A stretch of DNA of 64,000 nucleotides, taken from the NCBI GenBank assembly GCA_012295275.1, contig CM022670.1, positions 30,318,001-30,382,000 of the forward strand, in the 5' to 3' direction. Below are positions 14,543-29,939 of the stretch, piece after piece. Below the pieces are notes generated by a model. That model made no database searches, was not told the origin of the DNA, and saw only the letters and a program-made list of their open reading frames with translations. How positions within the stretch are numbered: the first letter of the stretch is position 1; each line of letters opens with the position of its first letter. The position numbers and the translations under genes were made by a program. The stretch is from Chrysomallon squamiferum. Taxonomy: Eukaryota; Animalia; Mollusca.

Positions 14543-16438
14543 GAAGAAGAAGAAGAAAAAGAAACATTAGAAGCAATGTTATACAAGTTTTCAGTTAAAT
14601 TATTTAAATTAATATTTAAATTAATATTTTTTATGTGCAGTGTCATAAATTAGTTTCTGATTCACTTGGTTCCCTTTCCGTGTCCCACTCTATGCGCACA
14701 GATAACATTTTCATTTGAAATTAAATTCATTGCATTTTGAAAGTTATATCCACCGGAATGAAGTGGATTTGTTCACCTTTTCCTGAAGTCGTAGCTAATT
14801 GCATTCTAAAGTCAGTAATACAACATCTGGGCTTTGTTTCTCGATCAACTGTAAATTTGTTGTCAATTCACCGACCTTAAAACAATGTTTAATACAATCT
14901 GCTTAGGGTTAACTAAACATTTGAAAGTTATGTTGTATCAGATTTCGGCCAGCATTCCTGATGTTTTATTTATTTAGTTAGTTAGTCATTTAGTTAGATA
15001 GTTAATTAGTTTTGTTTAATATAATTTAATTTAAATTAATTAATTTAAATTAATTTTTTCTACGTAATAACGCTAGTAACTATTTTCAGTTTAGAGCATG
15101 TGTTTGGACTAGCTAAGCATCTCAACATTTTATTAAATCACAGTCGAGTCAGTTTAATGTTGACGAATCTGGCAATATTTGTCAAACAAGTTACAAAAAC
15201 AAAAAGAACTTATATAAATTACAGCACCTTTAGAATCACATGACAACAGTTTTGAAAAAAAAAAAAAAAAAAAAAAAAAAAAGAAATGGAGAAGAAAGAT
15301 ATGACAACCAAATGTAGTGTTTATTCTTTAATTAAATCAAATCACACGTTGTATTTCACATAGAAAGAACGCTCTGTATCTTTCTCTTTTTGTTTTCTTT
15401 TTCTAACCTTTAATTTTTATAAGTTGCTAAAGGAAAAAAATGTCAATGCGCAATATACTTGATGTAAAGGGAGAAAAATGTATTTTTATTTTGTCTCAGT
15501 ATCATGCGTTTCAAATGTATGCTATACCACGCAATACAATAGCAGTCTACAAGTCCAGGTTCAATGGTTATGAAAACATTTTCAGTGAGTTTATCTGAAA
15601 TGTTGACTTTTTCCGTTTCCACCTTTTTATGTGTGTGTTGTGTATGTGTGTACGTTTGTATGTTGTGTATATATTTATGCATATTTAAATATATGTATAT
15701 ACGTATGTGTCTAGGTAGGTACTTAATTATGTATATGTGTGCTTATATATATATATATATATAAGCAAACATATACGTATATATGCATGTATGTATGTAC
15801 AAAAAATATGAAAAATAGAGGGAATGTCATATTTACCATATATGAACCACAGATGAAGGAATTTAGCATGTAATGTGTAATAGTTTCACTTTCGTGTTCA
15901 AAATAAAGACAAAAGCATAACTATTAATAATAACGGTTACATACTTTTGTATTTAAAAATGAGATGGAGAGCATAGCATGCAATATAAAAATGTTCCACC
16001 TTTTATTGATTTTCTTTTATCTGAATCCAGCTCATTATCCAAAGGTTATAAAATAATCTTGACGATGCAATGTGCATAAAAAGAGTAACAGTTTTTTTGT
16101 CATGTTTGTTTTTCAAAGTTTAAGTTTTCTTGTAAACTAATTCTGTATCTGTACTTGAATTAATAATTTTCCCAATATCAAAGAAACAGATCGTGCAAAA
16201 TAGTGTTCTTCCCAGCCGGATTTTGACATAAGCTAAACAAGTTATTGTTTAGGGCCATGGAGTTCAAAGTTTCTCTTACAACTTCATTTCACTTGTTACG
16301 AACGGATACCTGGAATACATTATTAAATATTCTTTACAGACGAATAATACTTAATGCGATATTAATTAATTTCATAGATATCACTGTAAATCATGATGTT
16401 CTATTGTTCGTTCTACTTTGCAACAAATGATGATGATG

Positions 16439-16473
<35 letters not shown>

Positions 16474-16939
16474 CTTTCTTTTCTGCTTATGAGATTTACG
16501 CTTCCGCTTTGTATTTTAATTTTGCTTTTATTGTCATATATACCGTATACGAACTACAAAATTCAATCTGTGTAACGTTACTTCAGTTTCGTATATATTT
16601 CAAAAGTGTTCAGCCTACCAGTGACTAGGCGATTGTAATTTTAATAAAACAAAGCATTTCTTTAGATAATCTTGAAAAAGAAAATGTAGTCTAAATAAAT
16701 TGCTTCGGCTATAAGCCATGTTAGATATTCTAAGAACTATAAAATATTTTATTTCTATATTATTATCATCGTCATCATCATTAACATCATCTTCATCGTT
16801 ATTATTATTATTATTTATACAAAACAACAATAAATTACACATTTATTATCCATAGGTAATAACAAACAAATACACTCAATACTTACATATTCACGTTCAC
16901 ACATACATATACATATACCAATACACAGACACCCACATC

Positions 16940-17003
<64 letters not shown>

Positions 17004-17154
17004 TATACACAGAGAGAGAGAAACACGAATAGATGCAAGCTCAGTCATGGAATAAGGAAATAATTATTGCATTACTTGGATATTCAATCTACGAAGGTAA
17101 TAATTTTCTTTGATAACGTTATCAAACAAATATTCTAAATATCTCACATTTTTT

Positions 17155-17256
<102 letters not shown>

Positions 17257-18248
17257 GTTTTTTGGGGGGCTTGCTTGAAGCTGTTATTTTAGACTGTGAT
17301 TGCCCTAGGCTGTAACAAAAATATCTATAATCAATCAAATTAACGATGTGTTGCTTTTTTGACCATATTCTGTTACTCTTTTGCATAACTGAATTAATGA
17401 GGCAGTCATGCAGTCATGTATTTGAAAAAAGAGAAGATACTTTTTTCGAAAACATTATTGTAACTATACAAAACATTGGAAACATTAATAAAAAAACATA
17501 CATATTTGGTCCGATCCTCAAAAATATTTATAAATAAATTAGGAAAAAATAATCGATTATTCATTCAAAATTAAATATAAAAAACAAACAAATTAAAATA
17601 ACAAACAAAAGAGACTGATATATATATATATATTATTTTCACTTGTTGAGAACTCCAAAAATAACTGGTTGAATTAAGAAGTAAGAAACAGTGTATAAAC
17701 AACAACCACAACAACAACAAAATAAATAAATAAATAAACGATATGGTTAGAAACTCTAAACACCGATAGTTCACAGCTTCTTAGTTCGGTTTACTTTCTC
17801 GGTGCAAAAAGACTTGTAATTAAAAAACGTGCATAAAATATTCTTGTATTTATTCAGTCGCGCGATGAACTTAAGTCGACCGAACTCACATAGCGTGCTG
17901 AAGGGGGTGTTCATATCAAGAGCTAATTTTGACGTGCTGAATATTCAGTAAGTTCACGTTGTGTTTAATTTTATTGAAGCTTTCAAACGAAAACATATAG
18001 ACATTGTTAGAAATTAGTGTGCTTCGTTCTTACAGTCTTTGCACATTACGATCCAAGTCGACTTGTCAAAGGAAAGCCTCGTTTATTATAGATTAGCTGT
18101 AATTGCTTTCACGAAATGGATTTTAGTGTTGATTAATTGCATTTAATTAATTATTTATATGTTGGACAAATCTGTTTATATATAGGATATTAATTTATAT
18201 TCTTGTATAAATATACAATGATAAATTAAATATACGTATTACTATGTC

Positions 18249-18305
<57 letters not shown>

Positions 18306-18961
18306 TAATAACCAGTGAAACATAAGCTGAAACAGATTTGTTAAAATGTATCCTTTGTCTTCAATTTTTAACTTTAAAAAAAAAAAATTCTGTTTTTAGT
18401 TTGATACTCATTTTATAATTTTATTATTAACTAACATTTTATTTTGCAATTTCAATTTAGGTATTAATTTAAAAATTAAAAAAGATGTTACACCTAAAAT
18501 GCATTTGTTTTGTCATTCAGAAAACGCTAAATGAACATTCCATGTCAGATAAAATGCTATCTTAATATTATTTTTGTTATTATACCAATCTACATTATAC
18601 TAATTCTCTTTATGTAATTTTTGTTTCAGAAGCAACGGTTAATATCACCCTGACTGAGTCTGAGACTGCACACAACAAGCATCATCGGTTTATTATCTGA
18701 TGTAAATAAGCTAAAAAATTACACTGACCATATCACAATCAGACAAAGTTGTACATTCGCTGGTTTTATTTTTGTGTAACATGTTAATATTTTCATGTTT
18801 AAGATTTGTTTTTTTCCGTTTATAAAGTTTATCTATATTAAAACAGGTATCCTTCTTACATGTACCTATATTGATTCCGACAAAAGTGAACAAAATATAT
18901 TTTTGTTTGCAATTTTATCTTGACATAAAGTAAAATAAATAACTACACAAAACCCCAAATC

Positions 18962-18994
<33 letters not shown>

Positions 18995-19087
18995 CAACAA
19001 CAACAATTGTTTAGGTCATGTTGCCAAAAACGTTTTATTATGATTAATTCTGGCCTTTATTATAATTATTATTACTATTACTATTAC

Positions 19088-19156
<69 letters not shown>

Positions 19157-21456
19157 GTCTTTTATTAATTAATTGATTTTTTTATTTATTTATTTATTTA
19201 TATTATATATATTTTTAATTTATTTTTTGCCGGGGAGGGTTATTTATGAGAGTTCTTATTATTATATTATTATGTATTATTTATTTTATATTTTTACTTA
19301 AAATGTACTTGTTTAATTATTCTCTTACTATCTGTTTACGCACTATACTATTAAACCTAAAGAGAAGTAGAACGTGTGCAAATATAAATTAACTGTGTAC
19401 AAAATAGCAACAGCTTTCTGCATGACTACGTGCGAAAATTCACACCAGTTGGCAACTATTTAAAAACCCGTTTAGGTAATATTCACTTTTTTAATGACAC
19501 TACATTGTGTTACTTCAAAGATGAGATTCTTGCTAATCCTTGCTTTAACACCAAACAGCAGTAAAAGCTCAAACAAATGAATTGACTTTATTTAAAACAA
19601 CAGTTTATAAACGTTCGACTGAGGCAGTACTTTCAAATCCTCCACTAAGCTTTTCAGTAAGAAAAAACCCCACCTACACTCTTGGCAAACTAAGAGACAG
19701 AAAGGAAATTGGTGAATCTATCTCTAAGAACCAGAAAAATACAAAATACAAATTACCAACTATTTGTGCATAACCTTTGAATAAGGTGTGCGGTTCTGAC
19801 TCAAAAGCACATTTGTATCTTTCTTTGCAAATTGTAAGCACGCAAGCTTGCTGTTCTGGAATCACGAATTTGTTAACATGGGAATGGTACTGTGATACGA
19901 TAACACATGCATTTCGCGTTTAGTGAATGAGTACGTGGACAAAACAAATTTAGTTTGGGTGGGATGGTTTGCTTGGCCTAAATGAATACGTTGTCTGTAT
20001 TGATATTTCCAGACATTTATCTTTTGTCTGTAAACTGTGGTATCTTTTGTAATAAAATTATACGAATTATTAAGCCAGAAAGAGAAGTAACTTAATATGC
20101 AATCACAGGTAAATTTTGTCATATATTAAATTTCATTTTAATAGACGAACAAAGTAGTCTTTATTAAAAATGGATTGATGAGTTGTGTAATAGCTATTTT
20201 AAAACATTAAATATCAGCAATGTTAGATCATTTCAACCTGATTATAAAAATACATTATTTATTTCTATTTTTATAAAAATCTCATTAAAGTAATGTTGAA
20301 AATAAATACTATAATTTTCGGTACATCAAGGTTGCAGTCGAAAATTCTACTGGAAATTAAATGACTGTGTGAATGTTAATGTCTCGAGACACTGAACAAC
20401 TATGACTATTCGTGAACACAAACGAAGAACGTTGATGTTTTCAACAGATGGTAAATCGCGATGTTTTGAATGTTGAGAAGCTAATGTGAAGTGCTTTTGA
20501 ATATCAGTTCTGTATGAAATAACATGGTGTATTACTGATAATGTATATTGACAAAGTGAAGAACAAACCTGAATGAAAACTGGATCCGCTGTATATTTAT
20601 GTTTTTCAGGGTGTTTGTTATACATGACTTGGTGTTTTGCATGTTAATATTTTCAAAACTGACAAATTGAAGAATACGATTGAGTGACAAGACTGAAATT
20701 GAAAAATATTCATAAACTGAATTTCAGCATGTTTATATAAGTTTACTGATGATAAACTTGCAAATCAGAATTGCAGATGAACTGACAGGAACGAGCCAGT
20801 ATATTTTTCTTTATCATTGTAACATTTTATGGACTACCATTAGTTATTTTATAAACCAATAAAACATGAACATAACATTCTTTCTAATGCATGAGGGGGT
20901 TTTTTCATTAGAAGGCAAAAAATAATCTAAATATTGCTTAATACGGTCTGGCTAGATTAGGATTTTACGTAACAGTCCCTTTCAGTTAAAACATCTAGCC
21001 GTTTAAAAGCGAGAACACACTTTTATAAACAGGTCTACGGTTAATGAATGTTACAGGTGTTTTTCATGGAGCACTTTTTAGTGTATCCATTGTTATATCA
21101 GCAATAAAGTTGTTCTAGAAGCGCAGGTGAAGGTAGTATTTAGTAACGATGTTAATGGAAACAGCATAACATTTATTCTTTTTCTTTTTTTAATACATAT
21201 AATGGAGTTTATTGCAACAACATATTATTTATTAATTGTTTTTGTTTTGTTTTGTTTTTTGTTTGTTTTTATTGGTTTTTTTTTTTTTTTTTTGATTTCT
21301 TTGTTAAAAATTTATAGCTTATATTATTGTCTTACATTGTCAAAAACATGTAGTTCTTGTAAACAACATACTAAGTAAGTTAGTATAAGAGTAAAAAAAG
21401 TAATTAATAACAACAAAAACAAAAACAATAATAGCAATAATAATGATAATAACAGC

Positions 21457-21516
<60 letters not shown>

Positions 21517-21802
21517 TATCATAACAATAACAATAACAGTTTTCTGGTACAAAGTATTAAGAACATCTTTATTGGTTTATTAGTTGGGTTTTTTGTTGGT
21601 TTTTTTCTTCACTAATTAATTGTTGTTTTTCTCTTTTAAAGTTAATGTGAAAAGTGATTTATCATACATAAAAATATTAAAAAGAAATTAGATATATTGA
21701 CATTTTAAAATATAATTAATATGATTCATAAATGTTTTACAATGATGAAAAAAGTTATTTACTCTTTAAATTTTTATTATTCAAAAAATATATTGATCTT
21801 AC

Positions 21803-21835
21803 CTTGATAAAATCAAAGCCTGTGCTTCCGTTTAC
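21803..21835 (-). CDS. Candidate 33-nt micro-exon (VNGSTGFDFIK) of the same gene
   Basis: On the minus strand: pyrimidine-rich acceptor ...gtttttgaatatccccctccag|, 11 open codons, consensus donor AAG|gtaaga. Phase 0-0. Confidence 0.4.
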
Positions 21836-21962
21836 CTGGAGGGGGATATTCAAAAACACAACAACAGCAACATACCCAAAGAAATCCATGCATTAAAAAT
21901 ATTGCTTAACAACAAATTCCGGTAAAACGTGTATGACTAAGACACATATAACATTTCTTTAA

Positions 21963-22114
21963 AAAAATAAGTCGAACAAACACATTCAGTTATCCACTTG
22001 TTTCTTTTACAACATAAATTTGTCCGTTTATAAAGGTCACCTTCCTACAACGGATAGATTTATGTGGTATAAGAAACAAGTGGATTTCTGAACGTGTCTG
22101 TTCGACTTATTTTT
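21963..22114. repeat. Imperfect ~150-bp palindrome (foldback or MITE remnant), intronic
   Basis: aataagtcgaacaaacacattcagttatccacttgtttctt... pairs with ...aagaaacaagtggatttctgaacgtgtctgttcgacttatt; centre ggtcacc with almost no loop. Confidence 0.8.
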
Positions 22115-25080
22115 ATTTAAGTATGAAATATATTGCCTGAACGGTTACAATGTGTTTATATGTGTTTCGTAAGTGTATACTTATACGTATGTTTGTCTGT
22201 ATGTGGGTATGTATCTACATATGTACATATGTGAGCGTTGCCGTTTCTCTATGGCCCGTGTAAAAGATCAGCAGCAAGAATACTTTTATTATTCTGTACA
22301 GGAACGCCCATACCAGTACCTTAGTTAATCAGGGATATTAGCTGGAACCGAATGTATTTCTGACTATATATAAACGAGTATGGATCTTTCAAGCAGTCAC
22401 GTCACGGGAAATGTTGGCTCAAGTCATTAAGCTCACGGATAGATGAAAGAAATAAGTAATCACGTTGGAGTATTACCTGTTTAGACATCCTATTTGTATT
22501 CTGATAAGATATAACAGGTGAAGGAAGTATAAATATTGTTACCCTTACCCTCAAGTTGCAAGCGTTTACGTAACCAAAAACCTTTGACCTAATCTGAAAC
22601 CTGTTGTCTTACAATTTATAAGCGGTCAAACCGACGCAGTGCATTTTATTTTTTTTTTTTTTTTTATTTTTTTATAGATGTTTATATCAGTTTGTATACC
22701 TGCATTACATATGCACAGACACAGACCCAGATATACGTAAATACATACAGACACACACACACACACACACTCACACATACACACATCTGTGTGTGTGTGT
22801 ATATATATACACTATATATATATATATATAAATGTGTTTTTATGTGTTGTATGTATGTATCTAGAGAAAAAGAAAAAGAGAGACACAAACGTGCGTATAT
22901 GTATATTATATATTATATGTGTATGTCTTTTTATCTTTCATTAAAAAAAAAATGCCATTTACAGAAACAAAATAAATCTTATTATAACGTATTAAACAAA
23001 ACAAATCATAAACCTATAAGGTGTGTGTTGTAAACCAACACCCATACAAAAATTTCTAATTATTGCTTATACTAATATGTATCCAAATCAACATTTGATC
23101 AAATGTGAAACTTTAGAGCATGTCTTAAAAATATCTTTCATCTGACAGATATTTTTTGCGTTATGTCATACTTAAGGATCTAAAGTAATCTAAATTATTT
23201 TCAATATACACAAACAAAATATGAAGAGATAAACTGAGATAGAGATAGGTAGTTACTGACCAGCAACAAGTGCAATATACAGAATATAAACGACAAGAAA
23301 AAAAACCCCACATCTGCTAGGATTTTGTTTCAAGGGAAAATGGTTGGATTTGAGGACAACCGACTTGAAATATTCTTAAGGTATGGTTTTTTGTATAATA
23401 AGCGTACTGCACAAGACATTTATAGATCGTTTTTAAAGGGAGTCTCAAATAAACGTGTCAATAATGCATGAAAAGTCCTGAAACAATTTTTATATAAGTT
23501 CTGCAGTGGATTACTAAACAGAACATCTTCAAATAGGCGTGCTAAATACTCGACCAATATAATGTGAAAGAAAATACTCTATAAAAAGAACATTAAAACA
23601 TGTTATGAAAGTGAATGGTATAAGAAGGCGCACCTGTCGTTTATAAAGATTCGGGCAAAACATATAAATCAAAGTTATTGTCATGGCTTCTTTATTGTTG
23701 TCTATTGGGCCGTCGTGACTCTGTCTGTATGCAAAATAACAACGAGGTTAAAGATAAAGAATAATTTTATTTTTCTATAGTTTATTTAATTTATAGATCT
23801 TTTATTAATATATTATTATTTATTTTATGTTATTTGATTAAATTATTTTATTTAATTTAATTTTATTGTTTTAGAAGTATTTTACTAAATTAGTATGCAC
23901 TTGTTATTTCAGTGGTCTCTGCTAACAGAACTTTCAGACAAACTAAGCTAAGCAAGACGTAGCCATAAGAACATTTTTAGAAAAGCCCCATATATCTTAC
24001 AACTATTTAAAAATTTAGTTTTAAAACGTCTGCTCAGTGGAATGTATCTCAAGTATTTTTACATGTTACGTATGGATTTCTTTTCCTATTAAATCAAACA
24101 GAAAATATTGATACCTTAGGCTTTCATAGCTCTGAAAATTTCATCTCCAAATATCCAAAGGGTTGACTTCAAAAGCCTAGACTGTAAAAAGGTGTTTCTT
24201 TGGAGTATCGTTCGTTTGAGTGATATTCAAATGTGACCGTCCCGCAGTCCGTATTAAAATGTAATGACTTGAAGACTGTATACAGTACTCATCGAGAAAA
24301 AAACAAGACAGTGGTATAGATATTACAAGAATGCAAATATAGTTAAAGCTAGCTATTTTCAACGAGATTTGCAATACAACTAAAATTATTTGTTTATATT
24401 TGCAGCCAAATCACTGTGTTATTATTATTATTGTTGTTGTTGTTGTTTTATTATGCATCATCATCCTTTGTAATGTAATATTTGTATTAATTTTTCATCA
24501 TTCAGCTATTTATTTAACAGTGATTTTAATTCATTGACCTTAAGTCAATCTCAATGCATCAGTTTATATACTAATTCACAAAATGAACACAAAATGATAA
24601 TACTTAATATATTATCTTTTGTTACAGTTCATTTGCTCCTACAATGTAATCGCTCTGTGTAACATCATAAATTTAATACGACTGTGAGTCAAACATACGG
24701 CAATATAATACTTAATAAAAATGGTTATAAAAACACGATTTATCCAATAAAAAGCTGGGGAGTTAGGAAACATTTTTTATTGACTCATCTTTATCTAAAG
24801 CATGCTGAAATTTACGATTACTCATAAAAATAATAAAGGAGCAGTAAAAGGGTTACGGTACTCCAAAGCACAAAGTCACGCCACTTCTAAATCTATATGT
24901 AACGTTTTTGAAAAACCGTCATCGATCATGTCTGTATGGGTACTTTAGATGCAGTAATCAATCAGATATGGATTAAACTAATTAACTGTCAGTTCTTTGA
25001 TCGACAAACGTCTGTTATATCTATTATATTTTTATAAAGCTGGTATATCTTTACGAATGCTCCAGACTTTTGTGATTAAA

Positions 25081-25141
<61 letters not shown>

Positions 25142-25748
25142 TATATATATGGCATTACACGTATTTAGCGAGATTAAACATGTTAAGGGTTTCCCTTGGT
25201 AATAAAATATTTATCACAACAAAGCTGCGGACAGGACGATAAAATATTACGAACACGAAACAAACAGGTTGAATTTCGTTTGGGTCTTGTGACAAGAGTG
25301 AATTGAACTTTTACAGTGAACCTGAGACAGTGTATTTGTACAAAAAATGAACGTTAATAAAAGTATCTATGTCAGGGCCTAGGGTAAAGCTCAGGTGAAA
25401 AAGGGGATGAATGCAAATGAGAAATTTAATCGGAAACAAATTGACGCTTTTGTGTTCTCTGTCTGTATCTCTTCCTCTGTGTATTTGTTTGGTTTTTAAG
25501 TGTGTGTGTGTGTGTGTGTATGTGTGTGAATAAGTATAGAGATGTATGTACACATTTGTATAATATACGGCTTTTCTGTCAGTCTGTATGTGTATGTATG
25601 TATGTATAATAATAATAATAATTTTTCAGCGACATAATTTAAGTTTTATGTTTTATATTCAGTATTAAATTTAAGTTTTATTTGAATTTATTTGATAATT
25701 TAAAAGGAAACTACAGCAGACTGATTTTTGTATCAGTCTAGATGTAAA

Positions 25749-25783
<35 letters not shown>

Positions 25784-25832
25784 TTGTATTTTTAAATTAT
25801 TTTTTACAAGTAATAAAATACTCCCAACTCAC

Positions 25833-26111
25833 CTGTGTGTTATTCGAACGTCCTGCTCTGTGCAACGACGACGTCATGGCATCGTCTATGATCCTCTTCT
25901 GCTGTTCCTTCAGAAGCTTTAGTTCTTCCAGGCCCTGCATGCTGGCTTCCAATCTCGCTCTCATCCTGTCCGAGTCCGTTCTTTTTAGAACCGGTATCCG
26001 AATGCTGCCGGGTAGTTCGTTAAGAGACCTGCTCCTTCTCATCACTGGCATAGCAAGACTCCTAGGAGGAAAAAAACACGTGCCCTGCTCCTTGGTCATC
26101 CTTGTTGTCAT
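25833..26111 (-). CDS. First coding exon of putative Dapper/DACT-like gene (coiled-coil motif DRMRARLEASMQGLEELKLLKEQQKRIIDDAM)
   Basis: GC-richer open frame ending at consensus donor CAG|gtgagt (phase 0, matching the downstream acceptors). The motif is colinear with the DACT N-terminal motif as recalled (R-x-x-x-R-L-E-A-x-L-A-G-L-x-E-L-x-x-L-R-x-x-Q-x6-A-L). The start codon is uncertain (ATGs at 26111, 26099, 26051). Confidence 0.7.
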
Positions 26112-27839
26112 GGTGACCACCACAAGAAAACAGCCTTATCGTGAATTAAGTGTGAGTTAATACCATTTTTTAGACATGCAATTCAAAATGTTTGTTAAGT
26201 ACGTACTTTTTGTATTTGATTTATTTATCGTAAGATTCGTTTATTTTTTAATGGTTATTTGTTATTATGAAACTGGGTAAAAATGGACAGGCAGCTAAGT
26301 AAGTATTTCCCATTATATGTTCAATATCCAGAATGGACCACAAGTCTGACATATATCCAGTATTATGTAATTTATTTTTTGAAATATGGATAAAAGATAC
26401 TCGTCACTTTGAAAACATCACAGAATGAGGTTAATGAACCCATTATATTATCCTGAATAGTTTCTTCACTGAAACGGCTTCCGAGAGTATAATAAATAGA
26501 ACAACGTCTGTGAAATAAACTGAAGATTATGTATCGAACAGAAGAATTTTTCTGGAATACGTTAGCAGATCACTTCTAGCCTCACACTGAGTGTTTGACG
26601 TTATCGGAATGTTTACAAGAAGTTTAAAAAAAAAAAAAAAAAGAGATCTGTCGAACTTGTCACCTTGTATGAACCAACTGGATCTCAGCTTAGTGTTCGG
26701 GCAACCCGAACATGTCTAGCTGAGAAATGCAGCCAATCAGCTGTAGGCAAGGGATAACTGCATATTTCCTGTATATGTGGAAATATAATCATTCACATAA
26801 ATATATGTATATTCGTCCCTATTTGAGGACTCACTTAAAATAAATTGAAAGAAAACTTATCAATTTATTATGCTATAGTTTCTATATATCAAAGTTAACA
26901 CTGTTTTATGGTACACATGTCAGTATAACCAACCAGCTTACCGCTTGCATATAAAAGTATTTCCTTGCGTCCATATAATAGCTTACATATGGAAAATAAT
27001 TCCGCGGGTGTCCTTTATAAAGCAGTCACAAATACGGTTTCTCTCATCTTTTACGCTGAATTCACCAAACCCATGCGCCAGCCGAACGAATAACAGATGT
27101 CTGCAGTCCGTCTAAGCGAAGTGTACTCTAGTTTTTTGTCGAGATCAGCTGAATAACGTCAAATTAGAATGAACCAACACGGAGGCGCGTTTCACTTCGT
27201 ATTGACACAACACGGCACTTCGTAGCCCCGTTGAAAAACACAGTGTCCCATGTACCAGTGATTGATTTAATCAGAAAATAGCTACTTCGTACACTGTCTA
27301 TCGCGACAGTCTACGATTCATGGACCCGCTCTATTTAACTAGGCAGCTTTGAATAATATAGATGTGATTTAGTATTTTATCGAAAAAGATATTTATGCCA
27401 GCACCCATTCAAAGTACACACAAACTGCATGGTAACTTGAGAAGTAAACACAACATAATAACAATTCGATGTTTTTGTAAGAAGGGTTTCTTAACACAAC
27501 ACTGACTGAGTGGCTTGACAGACAGTAGGATTGTTTCTGGTTGTTTTTTTTTCAGTGTACAGCAAGTGTCACCTTAATTATAACGACGAATCGAAATGGG
27601 AGTTATCGCACATATCTCTTTGGGTTTTATTCGACGTTAGCGAACGAAAGCAGCAGAAAGAAAAAGAAAAAAGAAAAAACGTTACTTGCCAGTGTTCTTT
27701 CCAAAGTTAGCATCATTAATTGTCGGTAACAAAGAAACGTGTGAATACTTTTACTTTGGCTGTTTGATAGACTGATCTTTACGATAAGTAAGTCTGTCAC
27801 AGCCATCATGTATTTGTGTTTGTTCTTGTGCATGCTTGT

Positions 27840-28013
27840 TTGTATGTATGTATGTATGTATGTATGCATGCATTTATGTATGTATGTATGTATGTATGTA
27901 TGTATGTATGTATGTATGTATGCATGCATGCATGTATTATGTATGTACGTACATGTGTATGCAAGTACCTATATCTTTTAGTCTTTCTGTCTACATAGGT
28001 ATGTACGTGTGTG

Positions 28014-28057
<44 letters not shown>

Positions 28058-28197
28058 CATGTAGATTTGTATGTATGTGTGTATCTATCTATCTATATAT
28101 ATATATATATATGTATATTTATGTATATATATATATATATATATGTATTATGTATGTATGTATGTATGTTTGTATATATGTATTGTGTATGTGTATT
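27840..28197. repeat. Compound (TATG)n/(TA)n microsatellite
   Basis: Interspersed tatg, tgca and ta runs. Confidence 0.92.
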
Positions 28198-29939
28198 TAA
28201 GAATTAAAGAACGCATTGGCACAGTAAATTCTTTTATTATTTAAAAAGATTTAATCTTTTTTCTAATTTTATCTCTAGGGATTCGATTTAACTTACAATT
28301 GACCATTGTAATGTTTATTACAGTGTGCTTTTGTCCTTTGTCTATATATTTATTAATGTGTTACCATATTTTAAAATCAAAAACAAAATTATTTACGTGC
28401 ATGAAACCTTTTAAAACTCTATGCAGAAGCATTCGGACATGTTTAAAAATACATTTATAGAGCAAAACAGTGCATTTCTAAATCTATTTAAAACTATTTC
28501 AAAAACTATTTAGAAAGTATCCTTTGAAAACATCTTAAAACATTTCCGTACTTTTTATTGAATTAATTCGTAAGTCCTTTGAATATGCGTATTATTCCGA
28601 AAACCGCATAGAGACTAAAATGTCTTTTAGACTTGGTTTTTTCTCTAAGTTATGACGGGATCAGAAATGAAAAGTATAGCCTGAAGGTTCGAACCTCAAA
28701 AGACGTATATAATGATAAATTCGATGAAAATGACCAAGCCGACGTTAAAGGCCTTGGAAATAAAAAAAATATCTTTATCGTTAAAGACTTTCTGTGTCAG
28801 ATATTAAGTGGTATATTTCGTATGTTCATAATTATTCCATCGAAATAGCTTACTACAATATTTGACTTTCAGGCAATTCTTGACTAGATAAATTAACATG
28901 TGGCCAAAAAAAAAAAAAAATAATAATAATAATAAAATATAAATTTAAAAAAAAAAAATTATATATATATATACAGATTGTGTAGTCTAGCTCTACATCG
29001 ACGGGAAACTCTCTGAAGCAAACTATGCAGAGTTACCTCCCATTACATGTCAATTTCTTGTAATATTTACAAACTTAAAAGCAACATAAATTAAATAAAC
29101 TCTCTCGACAGAATAATAATTGCATGTTATTTCGCTGGCCGTTATTATTATTTTGTTCTCCTTTTTAAGGACGATACAGAACATTATTTACAAATCAGTA
29201 ACGCTGTCAAAATACTTATGATATGAGATATATTGCCTTCAAGTAATGATGAGACAGAACTGAAGAACGAACAGAAAACTACAGCGGGAATAATTCTACG
29301 GACATAAATATGTATTTCAACTGTTCATGCATTCTCATTTTGGTACTTTCTTCTCTTCCTGGTTTTCCGTTAATCTAATTTCTTATTCTTTCACATTTCT
29401 AAGACGTTTGTTATGCAGATTATCTTCACATCGAGACCAGAACAAGACAATACCAAATTACAAATTTAATGTCCTGTTTCGTCACCTCGAATACCTACAT
29501 CATTACTAAAAAGTATTTCGACCATTATTGTATCATATTTTGCAAATACCCCCCCCCAAAAAAAATAAATAAATAAATAAAAAAAAAAAGTCATGAATAG
29601 TTTAGTGTTAAAAACAATTAAGTCTTCTTCTTCAGTATATCTATGTAGCATCTGTTTCCTGTACCTTAAGTAAATATAAACCAGAAAAATATAAATATAA
29701 ATAAAGCAATACATTTCTAAAACGTATAATAAAAAAATATTTATTTTAAATTTTAAATAAGTTCAACAATAATATCAAATAATATATGTATATAACAAAA
29801 CAAATGCAATAACAATTAACAAATGTGAATGTAACAACATTGCTGTAAATATGTTTTATCACAGTTTGAATTATATTGTCCGCAGACCTAACAGTCATTT
29901 TCACTCATCTACCGCTATAATGGACAATTCTGTAACTAT

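Noticed and set aside
26535-26560. Extra heat shock element upstream of the DACT-like exon (agaagaatttttctggaat)
   Set aside because: The GAA/TTC spacing is off-register, leaving only two correctly phased units.
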